A program made the position numbers and the translations under genes. DNA of 64,000 nt, taken from the IMG/VR virus record IMGVR_UViG_3300027908_000021, positions 1-64,000 of that record. One strand, written 5' to 3'. The DNA comes from a virus. Below the pieces are notes generated by a model. It worked only from the letters and a program-made list of their open reading frames with translations, did not search any database and was not told the origin of the DNA. This document shows, one piece after another, positions 53,504 to 62,520 of the stretch (positions are counted from its first letter, which is position 1; each line of letters starts with the position of its first letter).

Positions 53504-54403
53504 TCAAACGTTCACAGTCAGCAGAGAGTTCAAGTCGGCGGTAGAAAACAAGGTTTGTGTTCCAGCCTGATCAGTAAAAAAGTCATACCACCCGTTACCA
53601 ACTCCGTTAATAAAAGTACGCCACTGTTTGTTCCATCCTGCCGTAGTTCCAGCCATTTCTACACCATTCCATTCAAAATGAAGAATGATGTCCCAATTCA
53701 ACGCTCCGGCGGGTGTGAGTTTTCTACTGCTTTTCGGACCTTGAAACAGTACAGTACCAGCAGGAGCACCAAAGAAAGCCTCGGAATTGACTTTATTTAT
53801 TAGCGAAGTGAACAACTGAACGTTCAGTGACGGTCGATTAAATAGAGTTTGCGTAAAACGGATGGTAGGGAACTTAATTGGTACGTTTTGATCTAATTGT
53901 AGAGGCGTGCCGTCGTCCCAGTAGAACGAAGTGATGTTTTGAGTTAACGGAACAGTATTATTGCACCAGTCTAACTCTTGTTCTCCTATATTCGGCGTTT
54001 GTGCTTGCGTGTAGTCCGGTACTCCAAAGTTAACCGTCAATTCAGCCATCGGATAGATAGCTAAATCGCCTTCATCCTCTCCGCTCTGCATTAAAGATTG
54101 GTCGCGGGGAGCGTAAGGCTTCATATCTATGCTTTTGACGATCCACGCGGGGTTGTCCGGATAAGGAAAACCGTTTGAGTAAACGTAAGTTCCGGAAACA
54201 TCCAGCGTACCGCCAATCAGTGCCGTGGCGACTTGGTACCGATCTTCCCAAAGGCATTGGCACGTCCAGACGGCCCCTTGCTCCTCCGCTTTCCTGCTTA
54301 GTTTTTCAGTGCGATAAATATCCCATACTAAAGCTGTGTATCCAGCCCACTTGATTGAGATACGCTGATTGAGCGGAAGAGTTGCACTAGCGGGAAATGC
54401 CAT
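53504..54403 (-). CDS. virion structural protein (distal tail/baseplate position)
   Basis: 299-aa ORF between the tape-measure-like and fibre genes. Called by position only. Confidence 0.4.
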   Translation of the reverse strand: MAFPASATLPLNQRISIKWAGYTALVWDIYRTEKLSRKAEEQGAVWTCQCLWEDRYQVATALIGGTLDVSGTYVYSNGFPYPDNPAWIVKSIDMKPYAPRDQSLMQSGEDEGDLAIYPMAELTVNFGVPDYTQAQTPNIGEQELDWCNNTVPLTQNITSFYWDDGTPLQLDQNVPIKFPTIRFTQTLFNRPSLNVQLFTSLINKVNSEAFFGAPAGTVLFQGPKSSRKLTPAGALNWDIILHFEWNGVEMAGTTAGWNKQWRTFINGVGNGWYDFFTDQAGTQTLFSTADLNSLLTVNV

Positions 54404-57024
54404 TAGCCACCTACAGTATATAACGGAGCACTATCGACTATTTTCTTAGCGGCAGCGGTCAATGCCTTCGACGCCGCACCAAAAGCATCCAGCTTATCCA
54501 TCGCACCATGTAAGTCAGCAGCTTGCGGGCCGTTTCCGCCACCGAACAGACTACCCAAAGCACTGCCTACAGGGTTATCGAACAAGCCACCCAAACCGTG
54601 TTTCAGTTTATCGAAAGCATCATCTGCCTGTTTCTTTTTCTGCAACTCTTCCTGTAGATGTTTTTGCTCAATATTTAGTTGTGCTTGAGCATTTGCCCCG
54701 CCAGCAGTATTACCACCGAAAGTAGATTGTCCGAGTAAGTTAAACCAGACGCCGCGAGGATCATCGGCACTGCCAGCGGCACCACGAATAAAACTTTGTG
54801 TTTCGGCTACTTGACGGCGTAGAATAGCTGCTCGTTTGATAGGATCGTTGGCGTTTTCTTCCAACTCTTTTTGATGCTCATACTTCAAATGTTCCAGCGA
54901 TGCTCCACGGGTATCACCGCGATTACGCATTTCTAGTTCAGTAGACTCTTCGTTAATGTCCCTAATACCTAAATCGTGCTGATGCTCATATTGTCTCAGA
55001 GCGGATTGCTTTTGTTGCTCTAAAAGTCTGGCTGTAGCAGGGTCATTTCGAGCAACCTCCGCAATTCGTTGGTTGTACTGATCGGCTATGGCTTGCTGAC
55101 CAGCTTCGTAAGAACGGCCTTGCGTGCGTAGGCCCGTTTCTCTTGTTTTGCCGACGATTTCCCAATCCTTCATGTTATCCGCAAAACTTTGCATAGCCGC
55201 TCGGTCATCAATCAAACCTTGCCTAGATTCCTCCAAAGCCTTCTTTTCCGCCAACGCAGCGTTAGATACGTTAATGTCGATTAACTTATACTTATCCGCC
55301 TTGTCTTGAAGTAACTGTATTTGCTCATCCAACGAATGCTTGAATTCAATATTACCCGCCTCTGTAGTCTTGCCTTGAGCACGGAGATTAGAAACGTCGG
55401 AACGAAAAACCGTATTGGCGATTCGCTCATTAGCAGATCGATTTGCAAAACGTTCTTCCACATCCTCTTTTTGATTAAACTGCCGCAGATTAAGATCGTT
55501 TTCATCTTCCGTCGTTTTGTGCAATAGCTCCAGCCGCCGATACTTTGGAATATCTCCTTTATTAGCCGCTTCTAATTGCTCAGTTTCAATATCCCATAAT
55601 TTTCTAGTTTGAGAATTCTGTAAACTCTTTTCCCGAGCCGCTCTGCCTTGTCCAGACATGCTTAACTCCGTAACATCCATTCCCGCCCGAATACCTAAAA
55701 TCTCGTTTACGTGCTGCTGTTTGGCAACTTCCTCGTTATCAACTGCTTCCTCGGTCGCTCTACGGAAAGCTTCGTCATTGGCGTCTTTCTTAGCCTTACT
55801 CATAGCATCAACAGCACGCTGCCTTTCCGTAGCAGTCTGAGTACGAGAAAGTCTGCTTTGTTCGGTGAAATTACCTCCAAAGTTTTTATCCCACCATTCG
55901 TTATAAACAGACTCGGACCCCGAAAAAAGATTCCTTTGCCCGAACCAGCCTTGACCGACTCCCGCCTCAGATTCATCTAACTTATTTAATCGATCAACTT
56001 CTTCTCGTGATTCTTTTGACTGCTTCATTAACTCATCATTCCGTCTATCTTTATCCATTTGAGCCTGAAGCAGTGCTTTTTCCAAACCTCCTGATTGTCG
56101 GATTTTATTTTGATATGTAACATCACGTAACGAAGTCGAAGCTTTATCCTGCATTTCGGCAAAACGAATACCTGTCTCGGCTTGCTTCTCGATTATTTTA
56201 TTTTCAGCAGAAACTGGGCTTGTCAAAATCTCCCAACCGGCGGTTGCTATAGGTCCGATTACAGGAATCGCTTCAACACCGCGTTCCAAAGATTGCTGTA
56301 CTCTTTCTGCCGCGTGAACGTGCTCCATTGGCGTGTAGGCTACCGCTTCTGCGGATTGAGCTTCGTCGATACTACGAATCGCATTAGCAATTCGTCGCAT
56401 CATGTACATCCCCATTACTGCACGAGCCAAACGGGTGTTTTGCGGTTGATTCTGTCCTCCCCCACCGCCGCTGCCGGGCCAGTTTACCCCCGCCATTGCC
56501 ATTCCGTTTTGCGTATTAAAAAATTGACCGCTCCCCGGATCATAAGCCAAGGGAACGGCTTGTCCTGTTGCCGGATTCCAAGCCGCAAATGTTCCGCCAC
56601 CAACACCCCCACCTCCTCCACCAGCAGAAGTAATACTTGCAGAAATCGCATTACCAATCGTCTGACCGATAACCGAAGCGGAGTTTAGTAAAGATGTGCT
56701 GACCGCCTGTCCAATATCAAAACCAATTTGCGGAGCGTTGACTACATTTATTGAAATCCCTGCACCGCCCAAACCGCTCACCCATTGATTCCATTGCTGC
56801 TGTGCATTGGTCAAATCCAGTTTTACTTGAATTGGTTGCAGATTTGAAGTAAACTGATTCCACTGTTGCTGCATCAAATTGGCGTCAAATGCAGCAGACG
56901 GCCCCAACTTGGTTTGATTGACTTGATCGGCAAAGCTCTGAAAATCGGAGAGTGCTCGCCGCAACTGATCTTGCATTTGCTGCAAGTCAAGCGTTAGTTC
57001 TGAGGTTATTTGAATATCAGACAA
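54403..57024 (-). CDS. tape-measure-like / large coiled-coil virion protein
   Basis: 873 aa, Gln/Ala-rich coiled coils, poly-Gly patches (GGGGGVGGG, GSGGGGG). Preceded by two small overlapping chaperone-like ORFs. TTG start uncertain. Confidence 0.45.
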   Translation of the reverse strand: MSDIQITSELTLDLQQMQDQLRRALSDFQSFADQVNQTKLGPSAAFDANLMQQQWNQFTSNLQPIQVKLDLTNAQQQWNQWVSGLGGAGISINVVNAPQIGFDIGQAVSTSLLNSASVIGQTIGNAISASITSAGGGGGGVGGGTFAAWNPATGQAVPLAYDPGSGQFFNTQNGMAMAGVNWPGSGGGGGQNQPQNTRLARAVMGMYMMRRIANAIRSIDEAQSAEAVAYTPMEHVHAAERVQQSLERGVEAIPVIGPIATAGWEILTSPVSAENKIIEKQAETGIRFAEMQDKASTSLRDVTYQNKIRQSGGLEKALLQAQMDKDRRNDELMKQSKESREEVDRLNKLDESEAGVGQGWFGQRNLFSGSESVYNEWWDKNFGGNFTEQSRLSRTQTATERQRAVDAMSKAKKDANDEAFRRATEEAVDNEEVAKQQHVNEILGIRAGMDVTELSMSGQGRAAREKSLQNSQTRKLWDIETEQLEAANKGDIPKYRRLELLHKTTEDENDLNLRQFNQKEDVEERFANRSANERIANTVFRSDVSNLRAQGKTTEAGNIEFKHSLDEQIQLLQDKADKYKLIDINVSNAALAEKKALEESRQGLIDDRAAMQSFADNMKDWEIVGKTRETGLRTQGRSYEAGQQAIADQYNQRIAEVARNDPATARLLEQQKQSALRQYEHQHDLGIRDINEESTELEMRNRGDTRGASLEHLKYEHQKELEENANDPIKRAAILRRQVAETQSFIRGAAGSADDPRGVWFNLLGQSTFGGNTAGGANAQAQLNIEQKHLQEELQKKKQADDAFDKLKHGLGGLFDNPVGSALGSLFGGGNGPQAADLHGAMDKLDAFGAASKALTAAAKKIVDSAPLYTVGG

Positions 57025-57026
57025 GG

Positions 57027-57032
57027 TATAAT
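57027..57032 (+). promoter_or_regulatory. -10 TATAAT, 6 nt upstream of ATG 57039 (candidate leaderless)
   Basis: aggTATAATactcttATG. Confidence 0.3.
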
Positions 57033-57038
57033 ACTCTT

Positions 57039-57290
57039 ATGAGCAACGACGAATTACGAGAACAGATACTCAAAGCATGCAGTGACTTAGGATTATCCAC
57101 GTCGGACATAATCGATGCTGCAACTCTTAGCATGCGACTGTTCGACGTGATTAGGTTTGAAACGAGGTCGTATACTAAAGAAAGATCGTTACGCATAGGA
57201 AAGTCAGCGTTGTTTTTAGCCTTACAAGTCAGCGAATCTTTGTACCCCTCTACTTCAACGTCTCCACGTACAGAAGATAATCCGAAATAG
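57039..57290 (+). CDS. hypothetical protein
   Basis: 83 aa from ATG 57039. Its 3' end overlaps the convergent gene 57250..57600, so it is uncertain. Confidence 0.3.
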   Translation: MSNDELREQILKACSDLGLSTSDIIDAATLSMRLFDVIRFETRSYTKERSLRIGKSALFLALQVSESLYPSTSTSPRTEDNPK

Positions 57291-57600
57291 CTTTCTTTAG
57301 TTGATCTTTCGGTATCTGCAAATCAGATTGCATCTTACGCAAAGCACGAATCAACCAATCGTAGTCAACAAAGGGTAGTTGCTCTGGTCGTAGGTATTCT
57401 TGCAGGCAGACAGAATCCAGTAATTCCCGTTGCCGTAAAATTTCCGCACTGACCTCAAACTGCTTGCTTGGATCAGGCAAGTCATCCTCTTGCGAAAACT
57501 CTGCAATGATTTGATGGATCGCTAACTTGCGTACTTCGGACGGCGGTAGTTGTCGTTTCTCACGTAATTGCTTAAAGATTCGTTCCCAGTTGTAACTCAC
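57250..57600 (-). CDS. hypothetical protein (tail assembly chaperone position)
   Basis: 116-aa ORF with an ATGA overlap with the upstream ORF, immediately upstream of the tape-measure-like gene. Confidence 0.35.
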   Translation of the reverse strand: MSYNWERIFKQLREKRQLPPSEVRKLAIHQIIAEFSQEDDLPDPSKQFEVSAEILRQRELLDSVCLQEYLRPEQLPFVDYDWLIRALRKMQSDLQIPKDQLKKAISDYLLYVETLK

Positions 57601-58082
57601 GGGATTGCGGGAGACGCTCCCGCTTGTTCGTTTTTTGGTTCGTCTTTCTTCGGCCTCAAGATATGCGACATATCAAAACCAAAAGCTTCGGCCACCGTTG
57701 CCTGTACTTTCTCAAAATGGGTGCCGTCCAATGTCTTTAGTAAAGCTGTTGCCTTGTCCATCGTGAATGACGGATCGTTTTGACTAAGCAATGATTGCAG
57801 AAAAAAGGGAAGTTGAGACTTGGACGTAACTAAATGGAAGAAGCCGGGAAAGCCGAATTTGAGGCGTGATAGAACTACATCCGACGTCGCGTTCGCTATC
57901 AACCGATCCGCCACGTCAGAACGCAAGCCTATGCCCGCAGCGGCAGCTTTACGGAGATGGGTACGCTCGATCATTTCCTCTACCGCACCTAACGTAGCTA
58001 GTTCACATTTAGGAATGGGCGGGAAGTTAGTCGGCAGGTCAAGACTCGGACTTGCTGCAAGATTCGCTAGGCTTTCGGACAT
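57597..58082 (-). CDS. hypothetical protein (tail assembly chaperone position)
   Basis: 161-aa ORF with an AAAGGA RBS. Called by position only. Confidence 0.35.
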   Translation of the reverse strand: MSESLANLAASPSLDLPTNFPPIPKCELATLGAVEEMIERTHLRKAAAAGIGLRSDVADRLIANATSDVVLSRLKFGFPGFFHLVTSKSQLPFFLQSLLSQNDPSFTMDKATALLKTLDGTHFEKVQATVAEAFGFDMSHILRPKKDEPKNEQAGASPAIP

Positions 58083-58097
58083 GGAGATTCCTTTTAG

Positions 58098-59093
58098 CTA
58101 ATAAGATAAACCGCATTCTTGCCAAAACTGATACAACAACTTCTCGTCGCCTTCCACAAACCACATCGACTCATCCGCCACGCCAAAGGGATGGGTTATC
58201 TTTTCGGGTACTTTCTTTAACTGCCGGATCGTGTAGGCAATGCACGGCCCTTTATTCATACAGTCTTCCAACTGAGGAGCGTGTAACAACCCGTAAAACT
58301 CTACCAGTTCTGTTTTCGGCGGGAAGGGATAAAATTTCTGCATTACTTGCCGTTGCAAATAGACAGGCGTACTTACATCAAGCGATGCGATTGTCGGCAC
58401 CGACACTTCGTTCAATAGCATTTCAACGGGACGGTTGGCTGTCCGAGCCAACAAACCCTTTTTACGAAAGTAGCTGCCTCGCCTTTTTACGCCTTGCGGA
58501 GCGTTTGCGGGTATGGTGCGGATGTCAAAACTAACTCGCGTGCTCTCTGTATCATTTAGTACAGAACCGTGTATTTGCGAACAACAGAAAGAAAACAAAG
58601 CTGGCTTGTCCGTCACTATCGGTACAGCAGTTTGTTTAGCGGCGGTTTCAAACTTCTCCAAAGAGTAGCCGGACTTCAACCGCAAATGCAAGGACTTGGT
58701 AAAGTCATCGTCACAGATGTACAGACTGTTTGTATCAAAAGACGGTGTAAGTGCCAGCCAGTAATTCGTTTCGTGGGGACTATGACCAAAAAGCGTGTCT
58801 GAGTGAAAAGATACGCTAGTCGGCTGTCCCGGCAAGTGGATTCTTAGATTAGGGACGGCTTGGATGTAATCGTTATCACCAGAAATAGATTCGATCAGAT
58901 TATAAACGAGCGGCGATAGAACAGTTTTTAGCTGAAAGGATAAGGCGGAAACTGCCTTTTCATCCAACCAATGCAATCGACACAAAGGACAACCGCCCGT
59001 TACAGCTAGAGACGCGGCACAAATCGTTGCAACCGCGTCGTCAACTTCTGGATTTGAAATCTGCTTGAGCATCAGTCTCCTCTTGCCGTGCAT
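58098..59093 (-). CDS. Fe(II)/2-oxoglutarate dioxygenase, PhyH-like
   Basis: SFHSDTLFGH (HxD), NYWLALTP, IHGSVLNDTESTRVSFDIR (distal His plus Arg) in the order typical of the PhyH family. Confidence 0.5.
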   Translation of the reverse strand: MHGKRRLMLKQISNPEVDDAVATICAASLAVTGGCPLCRLHWLDEKAVSALSFQLKTVLSPLVYNLIESISGDNDYIQAVPNLRIHLPGQPTSVSFHSDTLFGHSPHETNYWLALTPSFDTNSLYICDDDFTKSLHLRLKSGYSLEKFETAAKQTAVPIVTDKPALFSFCCSQIHGSVLNDTESTRVSFDIRTIPANAPQGVKRRGSYFRKKGLLARTANRPVEMLLNEVSVPTIASLDVSTPVYLQRQVMQKFYPFPPKTELVEFYGLLHAPQLEDCMNKGPCIAYTIRQLKKVPEKITHPFGVADESMWFVEGDEKLLYQFWQECGLSY

Positions 59094-59159
59094 TCCTAGC
59101 GATTTTCGGACGGTTAGGCTATTTCGGTATCGTTTGAAAGCATTTCGTCGCTCTACGTT

Positions 59160-59945
59160 CTACGTTGCGGCCACAGCCTTTGGCTCGTGCAATAATCCCC
59201 AGTCCAGAACCTTTCCGACGTTCTTTTGCACAAATTCCGGATAACTGCCGTCAATGCCGACGACCTTCAAATTGCCATCTCGAACTAACCGCTCTACGAT
59301 TGTACCGTTTCGGTATTCCTCAATTTCGCTTTCGTGCCATTCACAGCCAGCATGAGCAAACGATTCCAGTTTGTACTTAAACTCTTCCGCCCCTCCCGTG
59401 CTGGTAAAATGCCAACCAGCGTCTTCAATGAACTTACATCCGATTTCTTCCGCGTGCCAGCGAATAAAATCAGGCGGGTGTTTTTTCAGTACACTACCCG
59501 GAACAATTTTAGTACCGATCCACCGCTCTTTAGTTAAGCAATTGATGTAGTAGCGGTACATCGATTGATGTAAACCGACAACGCCTTGCTCGATTTTGTA
59601 GCGTTTAACTACAGCGGCTCGCGGTATCTCATCCACATCTGAAATCATTACAACATCGCTATCTTTCAAATCAGGTAGGCCGCGAATAATGGCGTTGCGT
59701 TCAAAAGCTTCTCTTTGGTGGGGATCAAAGCTGACCGGCGTGTCGTTTACTTTAACTCGAATAATCTTCCGCAACCAATTAGCGTAGCGTAGAAATTGAG
59801 TATCGAAATAGAAAGGTTTGGGGTTGCCTGTGAACGACCTGCTTGACTCGACAATGACGAATTTATCTGCTACCGCATCCAACTCTCGCAAACGAATTTC
59901 GAGAAGATCGAATTCCCGTAAAAACATGAAGCAATCGATAATCAT
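59160..59945 (-). CDS. glycosyltransferase family 17-like
   Basis: MIIDCFMFLREFDLLEIRLRELDAVADKFVIVESSRSFTGNPKPFYF matches the GT17 N-terminal signature (F.NE.DlLeiRl.eL...VD.FvivEs..TFtG..KpL.f). Confidence 0.7.
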   Translation of the reverse strand: MIIDCFMFLREFDLLEIRLRELDAVADKFVIVESSRSFTGNPKPFYFDTQFLRYANWLRKIIRVKVNDTPVSFDPHQREAFERNAIIRGLPDLKDSDVVMISDVDEIPRAAVVKRYKIEQGVVGLHQSMYRYYINCLTKERWIGTKIVPGSVLKKHPPDFIRWHAEEIGCKFIEDAGWHFTSTGGAEEFKYKLESFAHAGCEWHESEIEEYRNGTIVERLVRDGNLKVVGIDGSYPEFVQKNVGKVLDWGLLHEPKAVAAT

Positions 59946-60319
59946 TTGTGCGGATCAAACCTCCTTTCGCCGTCCACGTACAAACACTCGTCAATTTCAT
60001 GCAAAACAGCTTTGCGAATTAACGAACGAAAGTTACTAAACCAATAATCGTCGTCTCCGTTGTCAAATTCAAGTTGAATCGGATCAACGTGTTCCTCAAT
60101 AATTAACGGCCCCAACAGTCCGGTATCCCAATGCTTTACTTCTAAAATTACTTGAAGAGTTATCGAATTAGAAAAAGACTCGCGGTAGTCTTTTACTTTT
60201 AGTTCGATAGGAAACGGAGCGTGTTGTATTTTGAAACGAGAAACCAAACCCTGCAACTTATAGTAAGCCACTCGAAGTCGAGCAAGATGATACGGACTTG
60301 TCGCAGAATTACTATTCAT
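59942..60319 (-). CDS. hypothetical protein
   Basis: 125-aa ORF with 4-nt overlaps. Confidence 0.4.
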   Translation of the reverse strand: MNSNSATSPYHLARLRVAYYKLQGLVSRFKIQHAPFPIELKVKDYRESFSNSITLQVILEVKHWDTGLLGPLIIEEHVDPIQLEFDNGDDDYWFSNFRSLIRKAVLHEIDECLYVDGERRFDPHK

Positions 60320-61122
60320 TTCGGCTCACAAAGTAAGTCGCACCGCTCGTCTTCAAACCGACCGATAGCTACCCGCCATTGGTAATCTACAGACTCAAAG
60401 AAATCCAGAACATCCTGCCGTTTAAAGCCCTGCTTAGCTAAAAGAGCGTCGTAGACTTCGATTAACACTCTACACTTTGTTCGATTGATCGTTTCCCGCA
60501 TTCCTTCCAGTACGCGAACCTCGAAGCCTTCTACGTCAATTTTAGCTAACGTAACGTTCTCAAAGTTTAAGTCGTCGATTCGTACTGACGGGAATCCATC
60601 GTTTGCGGTTTCCACCATTTGCGTACCTAGATTGTTCTTACGCGGACCCTCCCCACTCTCACCCAACGCACCGCTCATTTTAACTAAGCTACCGTCACCA
60701 ACCGCTACGTTGTACTTGTGCACGTTAGGCCAAGGGCAATTGTGGCACAAGCAGAGGAACGACAGGGAATGCACCTCAAAGGCGTGCACTTCACAACGTC
60801 GCTGTGCCGGTATCAAACACGTCTCGCCGTATAAAGCACCTATATCAAGAAAAACATCACCCAACTGCAATGTTTGTACTTCCGGCAGGTCGTTTAACCA
60901 ATGCTCCAACAAGATCGTCTTTTCCTTCAAAGCGTAGTGCGTTAGGGACGTGTCCTCAGTCAATGTGACGTAAGGGGTGTTCGGTATCTTAGTGAATCGC
61001 GGATCGTTTAGAACGTCTACTCGCATAAAAACAATTTCCGTCTTACAGCCATTAGGGCAAAGGAGCGGGGCTTTTGTGCCGCCTCCATACTTAAAATTGC
61101 AAATAGGACAGTAGTAAGTCAT
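60316..61122 (-). CDS. FkbM-family methyltransferase with an N-terminal zinc ribbon
   Basis: CPICNF..CPNGC, VFLDIGALYGETC, AFEVHS, LAKIDVEGFEVRVLEGM. Confidence 0.7.
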   Translation of the reverse strand: MTYYCPICNFKYGGGTKAPLLCPNGCKTEIVFMRVDVLNDPRFTKIPNTPYVTLTEDTSLTHYALKEKTILLEHWLNDLPEVQTLQLGDVFLDIGALYGETCLIPAQRRCEVHAFEVHSLSFLCLCHNCPWPNVHKYNVAVGDGSLVKMSGALGESGEGPRKNNLGTQMVETANDGFPSVRIDDLNFENVTLAKIDVEGFEVRVLEGMRETINRTKCRVLIEVYDALLAKQGFKRQDVLDFFESVDYQWRVAIGRFEDERCDLLCEPK

Positions 61123-61130
61123 CAAAAACT

Positions 61131-61136
61131 ATTATA
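61131..61136 (-). promoter_or_regulatory. -10 TATAAT, 8 nt upstream of ATG 61122
   Basis: Minus strand reads cgTATAATagtttttgATG. Confidence 0.3.
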
Positions 61137-61178
61137 CGTCAGTATCCGCTGATTTCCGTTCCTTTCCTTTGCACCGCT

Positions 61179-61186
61179 CAATAACG
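61179..61186. repeat. target-site duplication CAATAACG (left copy)
   Basis: Identical 8-mer directly outside both inverted repeats. Confidence 0.8.
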
Positions 61187-61267
61187 GGTAGTGGTATACT
61201 TTGAATTCCGCCGCTCGGCAAAAAGTCGTACCGTTATTTCTCGGCACCGGCGCGGTACAATACACCC

Positions 61268-61486
61268 ATGAAATCCAAGACGCCAGCAATGGACGCCAGC
61301 CAGACAGCGGCCCGCGTAGTCGGTGAGACGATCCGACGCCACGAGGAACCGCTTCCCGCCGACCTGGAAGCGGCCTGGACGAAGTGGATCGCGGGCATCG
61401 CGAACGTGGATGATCGTGCAAGGGCGCTCTTGCGGGCGGCGTTTGAAGCGGGGGCGGAAGCGGCCCGATTGCGGAAAAAAGAGTGA
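61268..61486 (+). CDS. hypothetical protein (IS cargo)
   Basis: 72-aa Ala/Arg-rich ORF with GC-rich codon usage. Confidence 0.35.
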   Translation: MKSKTPAMDASQTAARVVGETIRRHEEPLPADLEAAWTKWIAGIANVDDRARALLRAAFEAGAEAARLRKKE

Positions 61487-61488
61487 GC

Positions 61489-61761
61489 CTAAAGAACTGG
61501 GTAGAATGGCAATGCCACGTCTAGATTTCGCTTTATGCTGTCGAGCGTGAACGGGCTTGGCGGCATGCTCTTGTCCGGTTGATTTGGATCAAAGTCAATC
61601 GGCAACGGGAAAAGCAATACCAAGGTTCCGACCGTGCGGACCAAGGCATATCCAGATTCTGTTTTTTCAATGGCTCCCCCAACCGCCTGCACAGACCTGA
61701 TGACCGCGCTCCATGTAGCTTCCCAGTGCGGGCGCATGTCTTGTAATGCGTCATCGATCAT
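61489..61761 (-). CDS. hypothetical protein (IS cargo)
   Basis: 90-aa ORF. Confidence 0.35.
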   Translation of the reverse strand: MIDDALQDMRPHWEATWSAVIRSVQAVGGAIEKTESGYALVRTVGTLVLLFPLPIDFDPNQPDKSMPPSPFTLDSIKRNLDVALPFYPVL

Positions 61762-61782
61762 GTAGAGGCAGCTTTCGGAAGT

Positions 61783-62175
61783 TTACGCAGCCATTGCTTC
61801 TTCAAACAAAACGCTTCCGACCGGCTTACGCCAGCGAAGCGCAGTAGCAAGTGCCATTGCAACCTCTGCCTTGAGTGTGATGCATCCTTGCCGAATGCCG
61901 TTGGATGATCTCCATTGATCTCGCACTGCCTTCGGTGGTTCTCCGATACTCGAAAACGGAGCTTCGCCGTGGGCTACAGCAATTTCGTAAGAGATCGTGA
62001 TGGCATGCGCTAATTCTGCCAAGAGTTGATCCTCATCCGGTCCTTGGACGGCGATATCCAACTCCAGCAGCTGCGCCTGCAATCCGCCTGGGCAGCGGTG
62101 CACGATCGCACGGAGGGTGTTGTTTTGATCGTCTGTCATATTGTTATCCCTGCGCTCGGGCTTTTGATGAGCCAA
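61783..62175 (-). CDS. HicB-like antitoxin-fold protein (IS cargo), weak call
   Basis: ..RAIVHRCPGGLQAQLLELDIAVQGPDEDQLLAELAHAI.. resembles the HicB N-terminal domain pattern. An alternative start at ATG 62139 is possible. Confidence 0.3.
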   Translation of the reverse strand: MAHQKPERRDNNMTDDQNNTLRAIVHRCPGGLQAQLLELDIAVQGPDEDQLLAELAHAITISYEIAVAHGEAPFSSIGEPPKAVRDQWRSSNGIRQGCITLKAEVAMALATALRWRKPVGSVLFEEAMAA

Positions 62176-62235
62176 CTTGAAAGAGCCTCCAAAATAGTGC
62201 CTACAGAAGTTATCGGACCGTGTTGCCGAGCCACC

Positions 62236-62436
62236 TTAACCCGTTCTCTTTTTCTCACGTTCAGCTTTCGTGACCTCTTTGCGAGCGAGGCGTAAAATAA
62301 CGGGGCGAACCCAAGCAGCCAAGTCATTCCCCGACAGCGCGGCAGCCTGAAAGACTAGCTCCTTTTGTGCAGCCGTCACAGGAATGCGCAAGTCAACGCT
62401 CATCCGTAGAGAAGGGTCTTTCGGTGGCCGTGGCAT
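62236..62436 (-). CDS. ribbon-helix-helix-like small protein (IS cargo)
   Basis: The last 66 codons of the track ORF 62236..63012 read MPRPPKDPSLRMSVDLRIPVTAAQKELVFQAAALSGNDLAAWVRPVILRLA.., an RHH/DUF1778-like pattern. Confidence 0.35.
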   Translation of the reverse strand: MPRPPKDPSLRMSVDLRIPVTAAQKELVFQAAALSGNDLAAWVRPVILRLARKEVTKAEREKKRTG

Positions 62437-62520
62437 GTTGTAACTGTAGCAATAAAAACTATTGTAGTCAAGTACGATTTCGCCATTGACTGTAGGATAA
62501 CTATTACTACAATAACGTGC

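Noticed and set aside
61783-62175. HicAB toxin-antitoxin pair in the IS cargo
   Set aside because: Only a weak HicB-like pattern was seen. No HicA-like (about 60-80 aa, dsRBD-fold) partner was recognised next to it, so no toxin-antitoxin system is claimed.
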